A stretch of DNA of 64,000 nucleotides. Source: Auanema rhodensis (Eukaryota > Animalia > Nematoda). Every line of letters starts with the position of its first letter. Positions within the stretch are counted from its first letter, which is position 1. Position numbers and translations under genes: made by a program. Positions 1 through 12,100 of this stretch are shown here, piece by piece. The stretch is from assembly GCA_964057225.1 (NCBI GenBank), contig OZ059898.1:21018001-21082000 (forward strand), read 5' to 3'. Under the pieces are notes generated by a model. The model was not told the DNA's origin, did no database searches, and saw only the letters and a list, made by a program, of their open reading frames with translations.

Positions 1-24
1 ACGTGAAAGATGAAGAGATGCGGT

Positions 25-108
25 TTTCAAAATTAGATTCCCCATGTCCATATTAGTCTAAAAACAAATTTTTATTGATATTGGTGCATGGTAACCATGA
101 CTTTGAAA
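25..108. repeat. 84-bp imperfect inverted repeat (fold-back) inside every monomer; first copy shown
   Basis: Three exact arm pairs share one axis (i+j=133): TTTCAAA 25-31 / TTTGAAA 102-108; CCATG 42-46 / CATGG 87-91; TAAAAA 59-64 / TTTTTA 69-74, around a CAAA loop. The intervening segments also align with small gaps. Confidence 0.85.
87..99. repeat. Dyad CATGGT-A-ACCATG in every monomer; extends to 15 bp (TCATGGTAACCATGA) in T86 copies
   Basis: CATGGT (87-92) is the reverse complement of ACCATG (94-99). T86 pairs with A100. Confidence 0.95.
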
Positions 109-139
109 TTTACGTGAACTTTAATTTATGCTAATTAAA

Positions 140-157
140 TGTACACGTGATGTGCAC
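140..157. other. Cluster of short palindromes TGTACA (140-145), CACGTG (144-149) and GTGCAC (152-157) in every monomer
   Basis: Read directly. C144T copies lose the first two palindromes. Confidence 0.9.
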
Positions 158-173
158 TTGGTATGTAACTCGC

Positions 174-183
174 TTCACGTGAA
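174..183. other. 10-bp perfect palindrome TTCACGTGAA (E-box/G-box core CACGTG), once per monomer
   Basis: Read directly from the sequence. Whether any protein binds it is not shown. Confidence 0.9.
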
Positions 184-2288
184 AGTAAAAGAGATGCGGT
201 TTTCAAAATTAGATTCCCCATGTCCATATTAGTCTAAAAACAAATTTTTATTGATATTGGTGCATGGTAACCATGACTTTGAAATTTACGTGAACTTTAA
301 TTTATGCTAATTAAATGTACACGTGATGTGCACTTGGTATGTAACTCGCTTCACGTGAAAGATAAAGAGATGCGGTTTTCAAAATTAGATTCCCCATGTC
401 CATATTAGTCTAAAAACAAATTTTTATTGATATTGGTTCATGGTAACCATGACTTTGAAATTTACGTGAACTTTAATTTATGCTAATTAAATGTATACGT
501 GATGTGCACTTGGTATGTAACTCGCTTCACGTGAAAGATAAAGAGATGCGGTTTTCAAAATTAGATTCCCCATGTCCATATTAGTCTAAAAACAAATTTT
601 TATTGATATTGGTTCATGGTAACCATGACTTTGAAATTTACGTGAACTTTAATTTATGCTAATTAAATGTACACGTGATGTGCACTTGGTATGTAACTCG
701 CTTCACGTGAAAGATAAAGAGATGCGGTTTTCAAAATTAGATTCCCCATGTCCATATTAGTCTAAAAACAAATTTTTATTGATATTGGTTCATGGTAACC
801 ATGACTTTGAAATTTACGTGAACTTTAATTTATGCTAATTAAATGTACACGTGATGTGCACTTGGTATGTAACTCGCTTCACGTGAAAGATAAAGAGATG
901 CGGTTTTCAAAATTAGATTCCCCATGTCCATATTAGTTTAAAAACAAATTTTTATTGATATTGGTGCATGGTAACCATGACTTTGAAATTTACGTGAACT
1001 TTAATTTATGCTAATTAAATGTACACGTGATGTGCACTTGGTATGTAACTCGCTTCACGTGAAAGATAAAAAGATGCGGTTTTCAAAATTAGATTCCCCA
1101 TGTCCATATTAGTCTAAAAACAAATTTTTATTGATATTGGTGCATGGTAACCATGACTTTGAAATTTACGTGAACTTTAATTTATGCTAATTAAATGTAC
1201 ACGTGATGTGCACTTGGTATGTAACTCGCTTCACGTGTAAGATGAAGAGATGCGGTTTTCAAAATTAGATTCCCCATGTCCATATTAGTCTAAAAACAAA
1301 TTTTTATTGATATTGGTTCATGGTAACCATGACTTTGAAATTTACGTGAACTTTAATTTATGCTAATTAAATGTACACGTGATGTGCACTTGGTATGTAA
1401 CTCGCTTCACGTGAAAGATAAAGAGATGCGGTTTTCAAAATTAGATTCCCCATGTCCATATTAGTCTAAAAACAAATTTTTATTGATATTGGTTCATGGT
1501 AACCATGACTTTGAAATTTACGTGAACTTTAATTTATGCTAATTAAATGTACACGTGATGTGCACTTGATATGTAACTCGCTTCACGTGAAAGATGAAGA
1601 GATGCGGTTTTCAAAATTAGATTCCCCATGTCCATATTAGTCTAAAAACAAATTTTTATTGATATTGGTGCATGGTAACCATGACTTTGAAATTTACGTG
1701 AACTTTAATTTATGCTAATTAAATGTACACGTGATGTGCACTTGGTATGTAACTCGCTTCACGTGAAAGTAAAAGAGATGCGGTTTTCAAAATTAGATTC
1801 CCCATGTCCATATTAGTCTAAAAACAAATTTTTATTGATATTGGTGCATGGTAACCATGACTTTGAAATTTACGTGAACTTTAATTTATGCTAATTAAAT
1901 GTACACGTGATGTGCACTTGGTATGTAACTCGCTTCACGTGAAAGATAAAGAGATGCGGTTTTGAAAATTAGATTCCCCATGTCCATATTAGTCTAAAAA
2001 CAAATTTTTATTGATATTGGTTCATGGTAACCATGACTTTGAAATTTACGTGAACTTTAATTTATGCTAATTAAATGTATACGTGATGTGCACTTGGTAT
2101 GTAACTCGCTTCACGTGAAAGATAAAGAGATGCGGTTTTCAAAATTAGATTCCCCATGTCCATATTAGTCTAAAAACAAATTTTTATTGATATTGGTTCA
2201 TGGTAACCATGACTTTGAAATTTACGTGAACTTTAATTTATGCTAATTAAATGTACACGTGATGTGCACTTGGTATGTAACTCGCTTC

Positions 2289-2464
2289 ACGTGAAAGATA
2301 AAGAGATGCGGTTTTCAAAATTAGATTCCCCATGTCCATATTAGTCTAAAAACAAATTTTTATTGATATTGGTGCATGGTAACCATGACTTTGAAATTTA
2401 CGTGAACTTTAATTTATGCTAATTAAATGTACACGTGATGTGCACTTGGTATGTAACTCGCTTC
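2289..2464 (+). repeat. Representative monomer identical to consensus (G86 allele)
   Basis: Copy 14 carries none of the recurrent variants and is a suitable query for database searches. Confidence 0.93.
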
Positions 2465-5280
2465 ACGTGAAAGATAAAGAGATGCTGTTTTCAAAATTAG
2501 ATTCCCCATGTCCATATTAGTCTAAAAACAAATTTTTATTGATATTGGTGCATGGTAACCATGACTTTGAAATTTACGTGAACTTTAATTTATGCTAATT
2601 AAATGTACACGTGATGTGCACTTGGTATGTAACTCGCTTCACGTGAAAGATAAAGAGATGCGGTTTTCAAAATTAGATTCCCCATGTCCATATTAGTTTA
2701 AAAACAAATTTTTATTGATATTGGTGCATGGTAACCATGACTTTGAAATTTACGTGAACTTTAATTTATGCTAATTAAATGTACACGTGATGTGCACTTG
2801 GTATGTAACTCGCTTCACGTGAAAGATAAAAAGATGCGGTTTTCAAAATTAGATTCCCCATGTCCATATTAGTCTAAAAACAAATTTTTATTGATATTGG
2901 TGCATGGTAACCATGACTTTGAAATTTACGTGAACTTTAATTTATGCTAATTAAATGTACACGTGATGTGCACTTGGTATGTAACTCGCTTCACGTGAAA
3001 GATAAAGAGATGCGGTTTTCAAAATTAGATTCCCCATGTCCATATTAGTCTAAAAACAAATTTTTATTGATATTGGTGCATGGTAACCATGACTTTGAAA
3101 TTTACGTGAACTTTAATTTATGCTAATTAAATGTACACGTGATGTGCACTTGGTATGTAACTCGCTTCACGTGAAAGATAAAGAGATGCTGTTTTCAAAA
3201 TTAGATTCCCCATGTCCATATTAGTCTAAAAACAAATTTTTATTGATATTGGTGCATGGTAACCATGACTTTGAAATTTACGTGAACTTTAATTTATGCT
3301 AATTAAATGTACACGTGATGTGCACTTGGTATGTAACTCGCTTCACGTGAAAGATAAAGAGATGCGGTTTTCAAAATTAGATTCCCCATGTCCATATTAG
3401 TCTAAAAACAAATTTTTATTGATATTGGTGCATGGTAACCATGACTTTGAAATTTACGTGAACTTTAATTTATGCTAATTAAATGTACACGTGATGTGCA
3501 CTTGGTATGTAACTCGCTTCACGTGTAAGATGAAGAGATGCGGTTTTCAAAATTAGATTCCCCATGTCCATATTAGTCTAAAAACAAATTTTTATTGATA
3601 TTGGTTCATGGTAACCATGACTTTGAAATTTACGTGAACTTTAATTTATGCTAATTAAATGTATACGTGATGTGCACTTGGTATGTAACTCGCTTCACGT
3701 GAAAGATAAAGAGATGCGGTTTTCAAAATTAGATTCCCCATGTCCATATTAGTCTAAAAACAAATTTTTATTGATATTGGTTCATGGTAACCATGACTTT
3801 GAAATTTACGTGAACTTTAATTTATGCTAATTAAATGTACACGTGATGTGCACTTGGTATGTAACTCGCTTCACGTGAAAGATAAAGAGATGCGGTTTTC
3901 AAAATTAGATTCCCCATGTCCATATTAGTCTAAAAACAAATTTTTATTGATATTGGTGCATGGTAACCATGACTTTGAAATTTACGTGAACTTTAATTTA
4001 TGCTAATTAAATGTACACGTGATGTGCACTTGGTATGTAACTCGCTTCACGTGAAAGATAAAGAGATGCTGTTTTCAAAATTAGATTCCCCATGTCCATA
4101 TTAGTCTAAAAACAAATTTTTATTGATATTGGTGCATGGTAACCATGACTTTGAAATTTACGTGAACTTTAATTTATGCTAATTAAATGTACACGTGATG
4201 TGCACTTGGTATGTAACTCGCTTCACGTGAAAGATAAAGAGATGCGGTTTTCAAAATTAGATTCCCCATGTCCATATTAGTTTAAAAACAAATTTTTATT
4301 GATATTGGTGCATGGTAACCATGACTTTGAAATTTACGTGAACTTTAATTTATGCTAATTAAATGTACACGTGATGTGCACTTGGTATGTAACTCGCTTC
4401 ACGTGAAAGATAAAAAGATGCGGTTTTCAAAATTAGATTCCCCATGTCCATATTAGTCTAAAAACAAATTTTTATTGATATTGGTGCATGGTAACCATGA
4501 CTTTGAAATTTACGTGAACTTTAATTTATGCTAATTAAATGTACACGTGATGTGCACTTGGTATGTAACTCGCTTCACGTGTAAGATGAAGAGATGCGGT
4601 TTTCAAAATTAGATTCCCCATGTCCATATTAGTCTAAAAACAAATTTTTATTGATATTGGTTCATGGTAACCATGACTTTGAAATTTACGTGAACTTTAA
4701 TTTATGCTAATTAAATGTACACGTGATGTGCACTTGGTATGTAACTCGCTTCACGTGAAAGATAAAGAGATGCGGTTTTCAAAATTAGATTCCCCATGTC
4801 CATATTAGTCTAAAAACAAATTTTTATTGATATTGGTTCATGGTAACCATGACTTTGAAATTTACGTGAACTTTAATTTATGCTAATTAAATGTACACGT
4901 GATGTGCACTTGGTATGTAACTCGCTTCACGTGAAAAATAAAGAGATGCGGTTTTCAAAATTAGATTCCCCATGTCCATATTAGTCTAAAAACAAATTTT
5001 TTTTGATATTGGTGCATGGTAACCATGACTTTGAAATTTACGTGAACTTTAATTTATGCTAATTAAATGTACACGTGATGTGCACTTGGTATGTAACTCG
5101 CTTCACGTGAAAGATGAAGAGATGCGGTTTTCAAAATTAGATTCCCCATGTCCATATTAGTCTAAAAACAAATTTTTATTGATATTGGTTCATGGTAACC
5201 ATGACTTTGAAATTTACGTGAACTTTAATTTATGCTAATTAAATGTATACGTGATGTGCACTTGGTATGTAACTCGCTTC

Positions 5281-8200
5281 ACGTGAAAGATAAAGAGATG
5301 CGGTTTTCAAAATTAGATTCCCCATGTCCATATTAGTCTAAAAACAAATTTTTATTGATATTGGTGCATGGTAACCATGACTTTGAAATTTACGTGAACT
5401 TTAATTTATGCTAATTAAATGTACACGTGATGTGCACTTGGTATGTAACTCGCTTCACGTGAAAGATAAAGAGATGCGGTTTACAAAATTAGATTCCTCA
5501 TGTCCATATTAGTTTAAAAACAAATTTTTATTGATATTGGTGCATGGTAACCATGACTTTGAAATTTACGTGAACTTTAATTTATGCTAATTAAATGTAC
5601 ACGTGATGTGCACTTGGTATGTAACTCGCTTCACGTGAAAGATAAAGAGATGCGGTTTTCAAAATTAGATTCCCCATGTCCATATTAGTCTAAAAACAAA
5701 TTTTTATTTATATTGGTGCATGGTAACCATGACTTTGAAATTTACGTGAACTTTAATTTATGCTAATTAAATGTACACGTGATGTGCACTTGGTATGTAA
5801 CTCGCTTCACGTGAAAGATAAAGAGATGCGGTTTTCAAAATTAGATTCCCCATGTCCATATTAGTCTAAAAACAAATTTTTATTGATATTGGTGCATGGT
5901 AACCATGACTTTGAAATTTACGTGAACTTTAATTTATGCTAATTAAATGTACACGTGATGTGCACTTGGTATGTAACTCGCTTCACGTGAAAGATGAAGA
6001 GATGCGGTTTTCAAAATTAGATTCCCCATGTCCATATTAGTCTAAAAACAAATTTTTATTGATATTGGTGCATGGTAACCATGACTTTGAAATTTACGTG
6101 AACTTTAATTTATGCTAATTAAATGTACACGTGATGTGCACTTGGTATGTAACTCGCTTCACGTGAAAGTAAAAGAGATGCGGTTTTCAAAATTAGATTC
6201 CCCATGTCCATATTAGTCTAAAAACAAATTTTTATTGATATTGGTTCATGGTAACCATGACTTTGAAATTTACGTGAACTTTAATTTATGCTAATTAAAT
6301 GTATACGTGATGTGCACTTGGTATGTAACTCGCTTCACGTGAAAGATAAAGAGATGCGGTTTTCAAAATTAGATTCCCCATGTCCATATTAGTCTAAAAA
6401 CAAATTTTTATTGATATTGGTGCATGGTAACCATGACTTTGAAATTTACGTGAACTTTAATTTATGCTAATTAAATGTACACGTGATGTGCACTTGGTAT
6501 GTAACTCGCTTCACGTGAAAGATAAAGAGATGCGGTTTACAAAATTAGATTCCTCATGTCCATATTAGTTTAAAAACAAATTTTTATTGATATTGGTGCA
6601 TGGTAACCATGACTTTGAAATTTACGTGAACTTTAATTTATGCTAATTAAATGTACACGTGATGTGCACTTGGTATGTAACTCGCTTCACGTGAAAGATA
6701 AAGAGATGCGGTTTTCAAAATTAGATTCCCCATGTCCATATTAGTCTAAAAACAAATTTTTATTTATATTGGTGCATGGTAACCATGACTTTGAAATTTA
6801 CGTGAACTTTAATTTATGCTAATTAAATGTACACGTGATGTGCACTTGGTATGTAACTCGCTTCACGTGAAAGATAAAGAGATGCGGTTTTCAAAATTAG
6901 ATTCCCCATGTCCATATTAGTCTAAAAACAAATTTTTATTGATATTGGTGCATGGTAACCATGACTTTGAAATTTACGTGAACTTTAATTTATGCTAATT
7001 AAATGTACACGTGATGTGCACTTGGTATGTAACTCGCTTCACGTGAAAGATAAAGAGATGCTGTTTTCAAAATTAGATTCCCCATGTCCATATTAGTCTA
7101 AAAACAAATTTTTATTGATATTGGTTCATGGTAACCATGACTTTGAAATTTACGTGAACTTTAATTTATGCTAATTAAATGTATACGTGATGTGCACTTG
7201 GTATGTAACTCGCTTCACGTGAAAGATAAAGAGATGCGGTTTTCAAAATTAGATTCCCCATGTCCATATTAGTCTAAAAACAAATTTTTATTGATATTGG
7301 TTCATGGTAACCATGACTTTGAAATTTACGTGAACTTTAATTTATGCTAATTAAATGTACACGGGATGTGCACTTGGTATGTAACTCGCTTCACGTGAAA
7401 GATAAAGAGATGCGGTTTTCAAAATTAGATTCCCCATGTCCATATTAGTCTAAAAACAAATTTTTATTGATATTGGTTCATGGTAACCATGACTTTGAAA
7501 TTTACGTGAACTTTAATTTATGCTAATTAAATGTATACGTGATGTGCACTTGGTATGTAACTCGCTTCACGTGAAAGATAAAGAGATGCGGTTTTCAAAA
7601 TTAGATTCCCCATGTCCATATTAGTCTAAAAACAAATTTTTATTGATATTGGTTCATGGTAACCATGACTTTGAAATTTACGTGAACTTTAATTTATGCT
7701 AATTAAATGTACACGTGATGTGCACTTGGTATGTAACTCGCTTCACGTGAAAGATAAAGAGATGCGGTTTTCAAAATTAGATTCCCCATGTCCATATTAG
7801 TCTAAAAACAAATTTTTATTTATATTGCTGCATGGTAACCATGACTTTGAAATTTACGTGAACTTTAATTTATGCTAATTAAATGTACACGTGATGTGCA
7901 CTTGGTATGTAACTCGCTTCACGTGAAAGATAAAGAGATGCGGTTTTCAAAATTAGATTCCCCATGTCCATATTAGTCTAAAAACAAATTTTTATTGATA
8001 TTGGTGCATGGTAACCATGACTTTGAAATTTACGTGAACTTTAATTTATGCTAATTAAATGTACACGTGATGTGCACTTGGTATGTAACTCGCTTCACGT
8101 GAAAGATAAAGAGATGCTGTTTTCAAAATTAGATTCCCCATGTCCATATTAGTCTAAAAACAAATTTTTATTGATATTGGTTCATGGTAACCATGACTTT

Positions 8201-8800
8201 GAAATTTACGTGAACTTTAATTTATGCTAATTAAATGTATACGTGATGTGCACTTGGTATGTAACTCGCTTCACGTGAAAGATAAAGAGATGCGGTTTTC
8301 AAAATTAGATTCCCCATGTTCATATTAGTCTAAAAACAAATTTTTATTGATATTGGTTCATGGTAACCATGACTTTGAAATTTACGTGAACTTTAATTTA
8401 TGCTAATTAAATGTACACGTGATGTGCACTTGGTATGTAACTCGCTTCACGTGAAAGATAAAGAGATGCGGTTTTCAAAATTAGATTCCCCATGTCCATA
8501 TTAGTCTAAAAACAAATTTTTATTGATATTGGTTCATGGTAACCATGACTTTGAAATTTACGTGAACTTTAATTTATGCTAATTAAATGTATACGTGATG
8601 TGCACTTGGTATGTAACTCGCTTCACGTGAAAGATAAAGAGATGCGGTTTTCAAAATTAGATTCCCCATGTCCATATTAGTCTAAAAACAAATTTTTATT
8701 GATATTGGTTCATGGTAACCATGACTTTGAAATTTACGTGAACTTTAATTTATGCTAATTAAATGTACACGTGATGTGCACTTGGTATGTAACTCGCTTC
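5281..8800. repeat. Local 6-monomer (1056-bp) higher-order periodicity
   Basis: G77T at 5709, 6765 and 7821; T27A+C42T+C58T monomers at 5457 and 6513; G22T at 7062 and 8118. All are 1056 bp apart. Confidence 0.85.
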
Positions 8801-9169
8801 ACGTGAAAGATAAAGAGATGCGGTTTTCAAAATTAGATTCCCCATGTCCATATTAGTCTAAAAACAAATTTTTATTGATATTGGTGCATGGTAACCATGA
8901 CTTTGAAATTTACGTGAACTTTAATTTATGCTAATTAAATGTACACGTGATGTGCACTTGGTATGTAACTCGCTTCACGTGAAAAATAAAGAGATGCGGT
9001 TTTCAAAATTAGATTCCCCATGTCCATATTAGTCTAAAAACAAATTTTTATTGATATTGGTGCATGGTAACCATGACTTTGAAATTTACGTGAACTTTAA
9101 TTTATGCTAATTAAATGTACACGTGATGTGCACTTGGTATGTAACTCGCTTCACGTGAAAAATAAAGAG

Positions 9170-12100
9170 ATGCGGTTTTCAAAATTAGATTCCCCATGTC
9201 CATATTAGTCTAAAAACAATTTTTATTGATATTGGTGCATGGTAACCATGACTTTGAAATTTACGTGAACTTTAATTTATGCTAATTAAATGTACACGTG
9301 ATGTGCACTTGGTATGTAACTCGCTTCACGTGAAAGATAAAGAGATGCGGTTTTCAAAATTAGATTCCCCATGTCCATATTAGTCTAAAAACAAATTTTT
9401 ATTGATATTGGTGCATGGTAACCATGACTTTGAAATTTACGTGAACTTTAATTTATGCTAATTAAATGTACACGTGATGTGCACTTGGTATGTAACTCGC
9501 TTCACGTGAAAGATAAAGAGATGCGGTTTTCAAAATTAGATTCCCCATGTCCATATTAGTCTAAAAACAAATTTTTATTGATATTGGTGCATGGTAACCA
9601 TGACTTTGAAATTTACGTGAACTTTAATTTATGCTAATTAAATGTACACGTGATGTGCACTTGGTATGTAACTCGCTTCACGTGAAAAATAAAGAGATGC
9701 GGTTTTCAAAATTAGATTCCCCATGTCCATATTAGTCTAAAAACAAATTTTCATTGATATTGGTGCATGGTAACCATGACTTTGAAATTTACGTGAACTT
9801 TAATTTATGCTAATTAAATGTACACGTGATGTGCACTTGGTATGTAACTCGCTTCACGTGAAAAATAAAGAGATGCAGTTTTCAAAATTAGATTCCCCAT
9901 GTCCATATTAGTCTAAAAACAATTTTTATTGATATTGGTGCATGGTAACCATGACTTTGAAATTTACGTGAACTTTAATTTATGCTAATTAAATGTACAC
10001 GTGATGTGCACTTGGTATGTAACTCGCTTCACGTGAAAGATAAAGAGATGCGGTTTTCAAAATTAGATTCCCCATGTCCATATTAGTCTAAAAACAAATT
10101 TTTATTGATATTGGTGCATGGTAACCATGACTTTGAAATTTACGTGAACTTTAATTTATGCTAATTAAATGTACACGTGATGTGCACTTGGTATGTAACT
10201 CGCTTCACGTGAAAGATAAAGAGATGCGGTTTTCAAAATTAGATTCCCCATGTCCATATTAGTCTAAAAACAAATTTTTATTGATATTGGTGCATGGTAA
10301 CCATGACTTTGAAATTTACGTGAACTTTAATTTATTCTAATTAAATGTACACGTGATGTGCACTTGGTATGTAACTCGCTTCACGTGAAAGATAAAGAGA
10401 TGCTGTTTTCAAAATTAGATTCCCCATGTCCATATTAGTCTAAAAACAAATTTTTATTGATATTGGTTCATGGTAACCATGACTTTGAAATTTACGTGAA
10501 CTTTAATTTATGCTAATTAAATGTATACGTGATGTGCACTTGGTATGTAACTCGCTTCACGTGAAAGATAAAGAGATGCGGTTTTCAAAATTAGATTCCC
10601 CATGTCCATATTAGTCTAAAAACAAATTTTTATTGATATTGGTTCATGGTAACCATGACTTTGAAATTTACGTGAACTTTAATTTATGCTAATTAAATGT
10701 ACACGTGATGTGCACTTGGTATGTAACTCGCTTCACGTGAAAGATAAAGAGATGCGGTTTTCAAAATTAGATTCCCCATGTCCATATTAGTCTAAAAACA
10801 AATTTTTATTGATATTGGTGCATGGTAACCATGACTTTGAAATTTACGTGAACTTTAATTTATGCTAATTAAATGTACACGTGATGTGCACTTGGTATGT
10901 AACTCGCTTCACGTGAAAAATAAAGAGATGCGGTTTTCAAAATTAGATTCCCCATGTCCATATTAGTCTAAAAACAAATTTTTATTGATATTGGTGCATG
11001 GTAACCATGACTTTGAAATTTACGTGAACTTTAATTTATGCTAATTAAATGTACACGTGATGTGCACTTGGTATGTAACTCGCTTCACGTGAAAGATAAA
11101 GAGATGCGGTTTTCAAAATTAGATTCCCCATGTCCATATTAGTCTAAAAACAAATTTTTATTGATATTGGTGCATGGTAACCATGACTTTGAAATTTACG
11201 TGAACTTTAATTTATGCTAATTAAATGTACACGTGATGTGCACTTGGTATGTAACTCGCTTCACGTGAAAGGTAAAAAGATGCGGTTTTCAAAATTAGAT
11301 TCCCCATGTCCATATTAGTCTAAAAACAAATTTTTATTGATATTGGTGCATGGTAACCATGACTTTGAAATTTACGTGAACTTTAATTTATGCTAATTAA
11401 ATGTACACGTGATGTGCACTTGGTATGTAACTCGCTTCACGTGAAAGATAAAGAGATGCGGTTTTCAAAATTAGATTCCCCATGTCCATATTAGTCTAAA
11501 AACAAATTTTTATTGATATTGGTTCATGGTAACCATGACTTTGAAATTTACGTGAACTTTAATTTATGCTAATTAAATGTACACGTGATGTGCACTTGGT
11601 ATGTAACTCGCTTCACGTAAAAGATAAAGAGATGCGGTTCTCAAAATTAGATTCCCCATGTCCATATTAGTCTAAAAACAAATTTTTATTGATATTGGTG
11701 CATGGTAACCATGACTTTGAAATTTACGTGAACTTTAATTTATGCTAATTAAATGTACACGTGATGTGCACTTGGTATGTAACTCGCTTCACGTGAAAGA
11801 TAAAGAGATGCGATTTTCAAAATTAGATTCCCCATGTCCATATTAGTTTAAAAACAAATTTTTATTGATATTGGTGCATGGTAACCATGACTTTGAAATT
11901 TACGTGAACTTTAATTTATGCTAATTAAATGTACACGTGATGTGCACTTGGTATGTAACTCGCTTCACGTGAAAGATAAAAAGATGCGGTTTTCAAAATT
12001 AGATTCCCCATGTCCATATTAGTCTAAAAACAAATTTTTATTGATATTGGTTCATGGTAACCATGACTTTGAAATTTACGTGAACTTTAATTTATGCTAA

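Noticed and set aside
70-77. Minus-strand AATAAA polyadenylation signal (also created on the plus strand by G9A)
   Set aside because: Expected by chance in 68% AT sequence, and there is no associated gene.
1-176. Assignment to known 176-bp satellites (Brassica CentBr, honeybee AluI family)
   Set aside because: Only the length matches. The monomer has no HindIII (AAGCTT) or AluI (AGCT) site and I do not recognise the sequence. A BLAST or Dfam search is needed to name the family.
1-176. 5S rRNA, tRNA or snRNA tandem gene unit
   Set aside because: No recognisable cloverleaf, Pol III A/B/C boxes or 5S similarity, and the unit is very AT-rich.
167-184. CENP-B box
   Set aside because: ACTCGCTTCACGTGAAA matches only part of NTTCGNNNNANNCGGGN; the CGGG half is absent.
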